A program made the translations under genes and the position numbers. Shown here one piece after another: positions 36,080-46,158 of a stretch of 64,000 nt of DNA. The notes below the pieces were generated by a model. That model was not told where the DNA came from and did not search any database. It saw only the letters and a program-made list of their open reading frames with translations. The stretch is from assembly GCA_024704765.1 (NCBI GenBank), contig JAKMXF010000017.1, positions 23,292 to 87,291 on the forward strand. Reading direction: 5' to 3'. Every line of letters begins with the position of its first letter. Position 1 is the stretch's first letter. The stretch comes from Oopsacas minuta. Its lineage: Eukaryota; Animalia; Porifera.

Positions 36080-39077
36080 CACAGTGGCACGGCATGTGGA
36101 AATAGGTGAAAAAAATATAACTTCAAATTGCTTTATAGTGTTGATATTTGAATTCAGCACCCCCACAAACCTCGGAAAACATTTGACATCTCTACAATAG
36201 ACTTTCCATTTAGCTCCTACGTCTATTCCAATGAAAGCATAATTGAAATTCGAAAGATTGATTTATGGTTTCAATTTTCGGTCATGATGTAATTTTGAAT
36301 AATATGGATTCTCTACGTCAAATAACTGCTATTTATAGTATACCAATCGAAAGCTCTTATGTTGCTGAATAATAAATCACGTTAATCTTGGCTCCAATGA
36401 ACAGATGGAATTTACTATTCTCATTTTAAACAAGCTTGTTCGTACAAGTGCAATAAATAGAAACACGTTTCATTAAAACTCTAGTACTTTTTTTGCCTTC
36501 ACTTGCGGAACTTTCCATTGCACTTTCCTAATAGCTCTTTTCGTCCTCTACAAAATACACTTTAAATTATGGTGTCAGGAAGTGTCAACGATATTTTTTT
36601 TTGCGATTTTAAATATAATCCATTCACAATTATCTAATTTTGGCCCATATAAATCATAAATAATTGTTGTGGTTGTTTATTAGCACATTTTTCATTATGA
36701 ATAACGAAGATGCATACACGTTCTTAACTGCACAAAAGAATAAAACAATCACTTCTCTCGCGTCCTCGTTTATTGTCCTCAATAATTTGGAAGAAACAGA
36801 GCATGATACAGTTCGGAGAAAATTTTCGACCCTCAGAGAAGATAGGAGAGAATACCTGAAACGAGCCGATATAACTACTTGGAATGTGATACCTTTTCAT
36901 ACACCACTTAAACACCCGAGATTGAGTACAGGTTATCAATGCTCAGATGAAGTCATGGTGATAGGGAGTGTTTCTTCTAGCCAATCAACCTCTGTTTTCG
37001 AAGAAGATTTTAGTAAGCCCACCCGTAAGCCTCTGAGGGAATTATCAACTAAAGGTCTTCGCAGCCGATTGTCCTCCTTACTAACACATCTTGAAAAGGT
37101 TGCTGTACAAGAGAATGTTTCCAGTAAAGAACTATCCTGTTACCTGATGATGCTATGTTCACAGACTGAATCCGACTTTACTACTACCAAGTTCTGTAAA
37201 GAAATTATTGCTAAGGGAAGCTTCGGTCCAGTCTGCAATGAACTGACCTCCGATAAAGCTGCGTTCTTGATGGATTCTTTAGAAATTGGAAAGAAGAAAT
37301 ACATCGATTTAAGACGTTTATTGCTTTCAGATGTCCAGCTTCCAGGTTACAATCGATTAGCTACCCATCGATCTCAAATTTGCTTGACTAATGACATCTT
37401 TCAGTTGATCGAGAACATCGGGTAGGCATTGCTGTATCTTACAAAAAGCTTCTGACTCATACAGTAAACAGAATATTGACTGCTTCTGCCAATGAAATTC
37501 CCAGCGCCAGCAATCCTAAAAGGATACGAATTTCAGATGGACTTGACGGTTCTGGCTCTCACCGGGTTTATCAGCAAGCGACTCACCCCAATATTTCAAC
37601 AAAAAGTTTTATTTTATTCGGGTTTAAGGTGATTTCCATATCCGACACCGATAACAAACTGATTTGGAAAAACCCTCTACCAAATTCTCCTTTCTCAATT
37701 AGACCCGTTGCGATACTAGCTCTACAGGAGAACGAAGACAATATTCGATATCTTATGGATACACTAATCAATAAGGAGTCCACAGAGATAACGGTAAAGG
37801 GTTTAGAACTAACAAGCGGATTTTGTGAAGTTGAAATTCAACGTTCACAATTGGATGGCAAAATGGCTAAGATTATTAGTGGAGTTGGGGGTGCATGTTG
37901 CCAGTTCTGTACAGCGACATTCAAACAAATCCATGATCCGGATATCGTAAAAGACGGTTTTCCAATTAATCGATCCATCACAGACCTGAAAGTATTATTT
38001 GATGAAGTTAACGAAGAGGAGTTTCTATCATTATCTTCTGACAACAGATTCAACGTTACACACAGACCAATATCTGACTTAGAAATCATACCCAGTTCGC
38101 CTTTGCATGCATATCTCCGATGTTTTGGCTGGTTTTTACATCTAATTAGCCATTTGCACGCAGGAGTATTTAAGTGGTCACCAACTTCTAAGAGAGTCTC
38201 AGATGCTAAAACTTTCGTTACAAGTTTAATTAAAGACAATCTCAATATGATTATTGACATCCCTTCAACACAAGGTGGCACAACGACTACTGGTAATGTG
38301 GTAAGACGATGCTTGATAAGAAAGGATGACAACGATCAAGATTTCCTCTACTGGGTTTTGACAGTGATCCCGTCTGAGTTCAAGTCCCACATAATTGAAA
38401 TTCACACATGCCTAGGAGCAATCCTACGCGTCTATAATAGCAGCAGAAGAGTGGATACAGAAGAACTAGCGCTTGTTTGCAGTAATATCTACCAGTCAAT
38501 TCTCTGTGCATTTCCTTGGGCTAATGTTTCCCCGACGTTACACAAACTGTTAGCACATGCACCGGAAATCATCTCAACGTTTAATGATGGACATGGGCTA
38601 GAGAACTTATCTGAAGAAGGACTAGAGGCTTCTAACAAATATATTCGGAGATACAGAGATCGTCTTGCTCGCAAGTTTTCATTTGAAGAAAATTTAAAGG
38701 ATGTATTTGTTCGATTGATTTCTCACAGTGATCCCATGCTGTTAATGAATCGCAAGTTTTCTATTCCAAGGCCTCCATCTAGCCAAGGACTTAGAAGTAG
38801 CCAAGATATTTTAGTGAACACCCTTATTCGTGATCATGAAGATCATAATGATGATTAAAAGTAACCTCTCAATCGATTAATAGAAAATTTGGGGAATTTT
38901 CACACCTCAGATAGGTGACAATGACGTCATAACTTTGTCACCTGAAGGGATAGAGAAAAAATGAGTATCCCATTCGATTCATTGGGCTCGAAAACCTATA
39001 TGACAATAATACATTTTGAGGACCTATGTGCCATCAAAATGCCTATTTCCACATTCTGACCATTTCGTGCCACTGTG
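36080..39077 (+). mobile_element. RAG1-like / Transib-superfamily DNA transposon, 2998 bp
   Basis: Ends CACAGTGGCACG (36080-36091) and CGTGCCACTGTG (39066-39077); shared inner block ATGTGGAAATAGG; encodes a RAG1-core-like DDE transposase; no 5-bp TSD (AGTAC vs CCAAG). Confidence 0.9.
36697..38858 (+). CDS. RAG1L: RAG1-like transposase (~720 aa if one missing nucleotide near 37400 is restored); split into two ORFs as assembled
   Basis: NBD-like RKPLRELSTKGLRSRL...KEIIAKG; DDBD-like 'KAAFLMDSLEIGKKKY'; catalytic-like SDGLDG (D600), QLDGK (D708), SEEGLEASNK (E962); Zn ligands CCQFC and HKLLAH; TGNVVRR and C-terminal ARK..DVF.RL..SDP. Confidence 0.88.
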
Positions 39078-40179
39078 CCAAGCCCCCCCTAAAGTTTACT
39101 TAGCCCCTCCTAACACTACGCTATGGCTACGGCCCTGTTTTATACACTATTTTGCTATACAAATGAAATATCTATTTTGTGTATTCATCTTAAATTAAAA
39201 ATATTTGGAATGAACTCATTATCCAACCTCGTATAGTGTATCCATAAACCATATCATGCGTTCCAGATTCCTTCTGTTGGCCACTTTTGAATGGACGTTG
39301 CGATTTCTCGTGAATAAATTAATTAATACATACCAATGCCATGATACTAATACCACCGCTAGACAAATTGGGTGGTTTGTGGAGCTAGTAGTATTGTTGC
39401 AGTTGTCATGCAATGGTGGTCAGGACGGACCTAATGTAGCGACCAAATACAGCAGACATATTCAAGTAAACAATATTAACTTTTATATTAATTATCAATG
39501 ACTTGGATTGTGTATCAGTGATATCTAAGATAGGGGGTTCTAAGCAGCAACCTAGGTTGCTGAGTGCCCTCAAGCTTCATCAACCTATATAGTGACGGAA
39601 ATCATATATAATAAGGGGGGATTTTTATGTACCAATCTAGCTTGCCGGTTAGAAAATTTCTATAAGAGAAAAATGAGTTGTCTAATTCCAGTCACTCGAT
39701 TATCGGGCATTCTGCCAAAGCGGGCAACTTTTGTTTTGTCCGCAAGTGCCCCGATTATCGAGTGCCTAGTGTCTCTACATAATTAATTAGCTGAAAATAT
39801 TCCAAAGCATAATAGGAATGTAACTTAATATGAATTAGTTTGCGTTTCGGATTTACGAATTCCCTAAATAGCTCAAGGCCCTAATATCGTAATAAGTTAT
39901 GGGGCATAGATTTAATATAAATACAAATAGGAACATTACAAAAAACTAACAAACAAACTAAAGAAATACAATACATTTACACAAGGGTGTACGAAATACA
40001 GAAATAGTCTGACAATAAACTGGACAAACTGACACTTTTGAGTAGACAGGCCTAGACCTATGACGCCACAACACTAACTACACTAACTACGGAGGAACAT
40101 TTTTCGAGGAGGAATTGGGAATGGAGAAATGAATGGACACCCACTATCTAAACCTATTACATTGAAGTTACTATTCTAC

Positions 40180-41280
40180 TTAACTAAGAAAAAAAATACT
40201 TCTGATACGACTATTAGAACCTCTCGGTTTGAAGGTGTGATGTGCCTTCTTATACAACTTCATGCGTGACATGAACCTTGATTTTAGGTGTTTACTTTTT
40301 GTTTCTTTGGTAATTACGCTTTCGCTTTCCATCTCTTGAAAACATGGATCATGTATTTTCCCTGCATGCTCAACCTCCATATCTTCCAAGCTGTCGCAAT
40401 CGGACAGACCTGCCATCAACCCAGCCTGAGGGAAATAAACATCCCCCAATAGAGAATCGTGTTCAGCCGTAATGCATTGGGTAACATTTGCAAAATTAGG
40501 CTCATTCTGAACTTTTTTATTCACTTCAATGATCATTTGTGTACGAAAGATTTGAAGGAATTTGCGAAATTCCTTATTTCTGCCATATTTTTCATATTCA
40601 CCAGGCAGAGCAGAGAGAACCAATGAACCAGTAATTCTGCAGCGTAATGAGGAAGTACACATTGAACAAGTGTATATATGAAGGAAATCACTGAAGGTAG
40701 AAGAACCATTGAAGTTATTCTCATGTTCTCTCATTATGATTGAATCGAAGACTGGAGATGGAGAATTTGACTGTGGGGAAATAGATTCGTATACAGCTCC
40801 TCCTTCTGTCCTACATTTATTGAAGAGGATAATTTTTGGCTTGCCTATCATTAGAGGACAATACGTTTCATTGAGGTATGTATCGATTGTTCTATCAAGA
40901 AATGGTTTTCCATCAGCAGTTAGAAAACTGTTCATGTTGCCGTGAGAAGATACCACAACCATAATCACTTTGTGTTCAGGCAGGATACGAGCTTTCCAGA
41001 TATCTTCAGAAACGTTGCTTGGCCGAATTGCTGGTGGATTTGTGATGCATGCGAGCCCTTTCTCGATTTCTTTCATTTTTGCGTTCATAAATACGAAAGG
41101 CTTCAAGGATAACATACTAGCAAATTTCTCTATATTTTCCCGCTCAATCAAAGCTCCGTCAGGTTTTCCCTCAGAAGTTTCGTGCATCACGAATATAATT
41201 GCATTTCCACAGTAACCTTCTTTATTGGGAAGCATATCATAGTTTTTGATTTCGAATTCTGAAGCTTCAAAGTCCTGCAT
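40180..41280 (-). CDS. Caspase-family (peptidase C14A) protein with non-canonical active-site motif
   Basis: VVVSSHG (catalytic His), GKPKIILFNKCRTEG (QACRG position), p10-like SDFLHIY...SLR...GSLVLSAL; first ATG at 41280, an upstream exon is possible. Confidence 0.8.
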   Translation of the reverse strand: MQDFEASEFEIKNYDMLPNKEGYCGNAIIFVMHETSEGKPDGALIERENIEKFASMLSLKPFVFMNAKMKEIEKGLACITNPPAIRPSNVSEDIWKARILPEHKVIMVVVSSHGNMNSFLTADGKPFLDRTIDTYLNETYCPLMIGKPKIILFNKCRTEGGAVYESISPQSNSPSPVFDSIIMREHENNFNGSSTFSDFLHIYTCSMCTSSLRCRITGSLVLSALPGEYEKYGRNKEFRKFLQIFRTQMIIEVNKKVQNEPNFANVTQCITAEHDSLLGDVYFPQAGLMAGLSDCDSLEDMEVEHAGKIHDPCFQEMESESVITKETKSKHLKSRFMSRMKLYKKAHHTFKPRGSNSRIRSIFFLS

Positions 41281-41787
41281 ATTTATAGAGAAAACTCTAA
41301 TATAATACAAAAATGATAAAAAATAAAATAAGCAAGAATAGAAAATTTCGAGAACAAAATAGGTCAGTTAAAAGTCGAAATTATGTGCGATACTGATTGA
41401 AGAACTATTTATGTGAATATATCCATTTTATAGCAAGCAGTAATACTATGGATGTATGACAAAATTGCTATACTTGTTTAACATTCAATTCTAATTTTAT
41501 CCCTAGAGAATGGTGAAGGATCATAAAAGATATGATAAAAACACGTGACAGACAGGGTAAACAAGTTAGTATTATTCAGCAAATAGTTTAAACATATCTA
41601 AGATGGTGGAATCCTATTATCAAAAGACAGAAACTACCAAATTAATTATTCAGACAATTATTAGGATTCACTTAACGAAAATAGACAAGTATGAGGTAAT
41701 CCCAATGATAAAAGTAATTGTTTTGTCTAAAATTGGTATCACGGGGGATAAGTTCTTGAGTAATCTAACAGCTATTATTACGTGAAA

Positions 41788-41870
41788 ATTGTTATCTACT
41801 TTACTGGTATTCCCAGTCGACTGGGAATACCAGTAAAGTAGATAACAATGTCTGACTGCAGTCAGACATT
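41788..41870. repeat. Two abutting perfect spacer-less palindromes (62 bp and 24 bp)
   Basis: 41788-41849 centred on GTC|GAC, 31-bp arms; 41847-41870 centred on CTG|CAG, 12-bp arms. Confidence 0.95.
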
Positions 41871-43069
41871 TAAAATAGCAATAATCAATGAATAAATGAT
41901 GGCTATTTACCCTCAGATGAGTAATATATTAAATTAAAAGCAAATGGCTCTTAAAGTTTGATAATTCGGGTTAATCAGTGTAAATAACATGAACTATCTA
42001 CCTCCAACTTAACTCAAGGTTTAAGTTCATATTTAAGTATTTAAATCTAATTAAATTACTTTTGCAAATATTTATTGAATTCGATTGTTGTTGATTTGTT
42101 ATGATTCTTGATGATATACCTGTCATAATTCTCTCCAAATAAGATCAGATAAGTAAACAGTAAATAGTACTATAATTGATATACGATGTGATATCATCTA
42201 ACTCTAGGTAGGCAAAAATTGAGCCTATGAGAAAGATTGACTTGTATGGTGCATTCCTTAGTCAAGCCAAGTTGTCTACAGTCCTCTCCTTTACCAGAGT
42301 TGTTGTTGAATTAATTAATTAAGAGTATTTCTACTCCAAGTCAATCCTTAATCTATGCATATATGATTTCTGTAGGTATGCTAACATGGTTTTCAAAGAA
42401 TTCTCATGTTCGATTATACTAGAGGGTTTTCATAATTTTCTAATGAGTATTAACGTCAACTGTTAAAGTGAGTTATGTCAGCAATCGCATTGTGATTTCT
42501 AAGGTACTTTTTCTTAGGATTCAGCCAGAATTTGTGTATATTTGCAATAAAGAAATTATAATAGGAATTCCCTCATGGCCCCATCAGCAAAATCTGTTAA
42601 CATGAAAATTCCTATTGGAATTCCAATTCCAATGGTAACCTTACGCTTGCTTCGTGATAATTATCTGCAAACTACATTTGCCTAGCATTTGGTACATAAA
42701 AGAACAGGATATTTTCCAAGCGCATACAGCTCGCATACAAGCGGATAAATTCCAGCTAGTATGTCTCTAGGCATGCAAAAATATTTCCCAGACTCATATA
42801 TCGTAATACAAACTGTATAGTCGAAAAGAATCCGAAAGTAGTATTAGACGTATGGCCCTGAGATGAAGCGCTGTACCAGACGTAGGTAATATTCATTTAA
42901 TCTTGGATAAAAAGCTATAATGCAAGATGTTAGGACTTAGGAGAGAAGATCTATATTATGAGAGCAAATCATTTTCCTAATAGATCTGATTAAACTGTTC
43001 CAAATCCACATGAAAACTTGTTTGAAATATTCGTATATAGTGATAGTATATTATACAGAGCATAAATCC

Positions 43070-43750
43070 TAAAGTATCAGAATAAACGGAACGCCGAGTA
43101 TAATTCCAGTTAATATTTGTAGAGCTTGCTTAATGCTTGAAATGTAAAACATTAGTTTGAATAGGATCAGTTGTTGAGAAATTGTGTGCAAAATTGGCTT
43201 GTATTGGATATGATAAGTGAGAAGTAAGTAGCATTGTCCGAAGTAGAGAATCAATGAAATTGTGAGAAAAACTTACTCATATAAAAGAGATATTATTAAA
43301 GATGCACTACCAATGCATAATATCTTAGAGTTGATTTGGAAACTACTAAGCTGTGCACGTTCCTTCTTATCCGTCCTATACTGTACAAACTGTCCCTTGG
43401 AATACTGTGTTAGCGCAGCTCCCAATGTTCTTACCTGTCTTACGAATTGTATAAAATCCATCGGTGTTAGTATCCCACTTAATGCAAAAGCTATCTGCCA
43501 AGTGTATGAGATTGATATGAGTAGCATCACAGTTGAGCATTAATCCTAAACATATTATTAATCTTTTGAATGTACTTTTCTTTGTTCTTTCCCATGGATC
43601 TCTGAACTTCAGGCCTGTAGCGATTAGCTTCATTAATCCAATCCCAAAACAGCAAGTCATTATTCCAACAAACGTTTACTGATTCTTGTAATTATTGTGA
43701 GAAGGTGTACCATGAATAGTTGGATAATTTGTGTAGAGTTCATGACTATG
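43070..43750 (-). pseudogene. Frameshifted multi-pass membrane protein gene, probably distantly related to 31705-32856
   Basis: Overlapping hydrophobic fragments in three frames (43376-43660, 43273-43530, 43069-43254); 'PMDFIQFVRQVRTL...YRTDKKER...FQ' parallels 'LVDFFIYISCTRSF...YKIQRR...QF'. Confidence 0.45.
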
Positions 43751-44630
43751 TCTTCACGGTATTTGATTAGTCATTGAAAATACTCATTGGGAGTAAAGCA
43801 AATTAGATCTTTCCTGTTTCAGATCAGCCTTTCTCTTGTAATTTAGAAATAGTGGTCAAGGAAACGAATGAATTATTGGAAAACAAATAGAACTCTAACT
43901 CAATTGAATTTTAGACTACAAGCTTATAAGGTTAAGTAACTTACTGCGCATTGCCTAGACTCGGGAACAATAGCTAGCGACAAAATAGATGGAATTTGTG
44001 TGACGTCATCAGCCACATAATATTTGAAACGCGAATAACTTAATAACGATAGCAGCTAGAGTAAAAATTACAATTGATGACTTGTAGTAGATGGTAGGAC
44101 GGACCCATTGGACACTATAACGATCACGTCACAATAGTGGAGGTGGTGATGACAAAGCAAATTTTTCAAAAAATTGCTTCGAGATGCCAACCTGAAGTCT
44201 CGCCAAGCCTAGGGTTTCTTCTCAAAGTCAAAAGGACTGAGATTTGGTATTTCATCAAAATGTACAGCGATGAATCATAAAATGGCTTGCGATATCACTT
44301 TTTCGACCTCTGAAAAAGCGTGAGACTCACGTATAAGGAGTGAGAGTTGAATCTCTGAATGCTAATGATTTTGCTCTTATATAATTATCAATACATTTAC
44401 CACACCTAATCACTATGCTTATCATCAGCTGTTCTTTCTAAAATTCATTCGTTGGAGGGTTTTTGCAGTCAAAGCGCGTTTTGAATTAAAGTTTAGTCAG
44501 TTTGCTTTTGGATCTATTTTTACCATTTCTTTGTAGGACAATGCAAGAAAATCTATGTATTTCCCACATTCAAATTCTTTACAATCTTAGAAAATATACA
44601 CAGTAAGAACAAACTGATAAGTAAGAAAAG

Positions 44631-45022
44631 CCTGGTGTAAGCGCATTTTGGGGATCCAGCGATTTAGGGCTCCCCTAAAACGCAGAATTGACCTTGGATT
44701 GGCGTTAATATTGCTTTTGAATGTTGCCCAGTGTTCTCACTATCCCTCAGATGTCTGTCTGTGTGTTTTGAAGCTATATATTCTTATATTGTCATGAACC
44801 CAAGGCAAAACCTGTATTACAGTATGAATAGTAAATATAATCCACCAATTCTAAAATTTAATGTGTTTTTATTAGTTAACTCGATCGAAATCACTTTTAG
44901 ATATCGCTTCCAAATACACAAACCAAGGTCTAGAAAGTAGTGAAACCTGCCTTCGGGTAGGGGTCCTATATCGCTGGATTGATCCCTACATCGCTAGAAC
45001 CCCAAATCGCGCTTACACCGGG
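44631..45022. mobile_element. MITE with ~22-bp TIRs
   Basis: cctggtgtaagcgcattttggg ... cccaaatcgcgcttacaccggg. Confidence 0.6.
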
Positions 45023-46158
45023 TCTCTACTTTAGTTTTTTGAATTAACTTTTTCTATTCAAGGTGCGTTTTATAGGATCTATTTGGTTCGAATTGGCTTA
45101 ACACTCATCTAATAAACTTCGCGCCTACTTTGACCCAAAAGGTCAAATTGTTGAGGGATATCTCTGGACGTTACCAGCTGAATTTAATGCATTGGGAGAC
45201 ATTTTGACTCATCAAACTCATCGCTACCCAGATCAATCACCAGACCTCTTGCTTGAATAGTTAGCATCCCACTTCAAATATATTTTTCCCTCTATCTTCT
45301 CTTCTGCCCGCTCAGTGAGCTCTCAACCTCCTGAAACACTTCTCTTATGAGTCTGTCACGAAGTAGCCAATTGGTTTCCACCTGATATATATGATCCCAT
45401 GGATAACTTATTTCGAAGTAACTTGTCCTCTATGAAGTAATTTGCACCCTTGTTCTCTATATCACATGCTAATTACTCTTCAAAAAGTGCGTTAAATTAC
45501 GCTGGCACAATACATTGGTATGATAATTATATTTCGAATTGTGTTGTAAACACTAATTCTAAGTGAAATTTCCGGTGTACACACCTCGGTAGGTTACAAT
45601 TCTTATCTATATAATCTAATAAATCCCTCTTTTCTCCGCACAGCCTGCTGTCTTATAATGTATCTTATGTTTTTGTTTAGTTTTATTTTATATAACACAC
45701 CAAACCTTCCATAGTCCGTTAAATTAACTTGCATCGTATCATGGTTATCAGCTTCTCAGAGCCATATTTGCCTAAAATGTACTCTCATTCTGTAACGTTT
45801 TGATTGTGCATTTAGTATTAAGTTATGGGAAATTGGCCGAATTTCACCAGTCCTGGCTTTGGTAGAACATACATTTATAAACATGAATTTAGCTGTATAC
45901 ATCAGACAGCTAAACTGGGTTCATATTAAGCAGGAATCAGCTTGATTTACACCTGATGAGTATTTTGTATTGCTTCAGCCAATTTATTTCTTTGAATAAA
46001 TAATCATCGTTTTATACACTTCCTAATTGAAACCCTGATCTGTACTACCAGTATGTCTGGTAGACATCTTTTTGTTTGTATACATTAACCACGAAATCTG
46101 TACAGCCACGCTATCACCATATTAATTATCTATTGCATTAGTATCTCAATGTATTAGC

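Larger units (their letters stand above)
34006..39137. mobile_element. hAT-bounded composite element (5132 bp) with nested and captured cargo
   Basis: Perfect 12-bp TIRs CAGGGCCGTAGC (34006-34017) / GCTACGGCCCTG (39126-39137) and perfect 8-bp flanking direct repeat TTTTATAC (33998-34005, 39138-39145), the hAT TSD length. Confidence 0.85.

Noticed and set aside
36107-36115. A-tract TGAAAAAAA as an RSS nonamer
   Set aside because: Spacer would be 20 nt, the match to ACAAAAACC is poor, and there is no counterpart at the right end.
36110-36696. Hidden RAG2-like gene inside the transposon
   Set aside because: No ORF of useful length on either strand here, and only ~220 bp after the transposase stop.
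5484-38730. Extra CACAGTG heptamers (5484, 20334, ~38724) and CACAGTC near-matches in CTL exons as RSS-like sites for somatic rearrangement of the receptor genes
   Set aside because: All lie inside coding sequence and are explained by His-Cys, His-Ser or Asp-Cys codons; none has the GCACG or ATGTGGAAATAGG blocks, and none flanks an exon.
39545-39562. 18-bp palindrome CAGCAACCTAGGTTGCTG as a head-to-head joint of the MITE end seen at 24777-24787
   Set aside because: Only 7 bp per side match the TIR; too short to separate from chance.
45150-45410. Coding-like stretch on the minus strand upstream of BLTP1
   Set aside because: Interrupted by stops and not assignable to a family.
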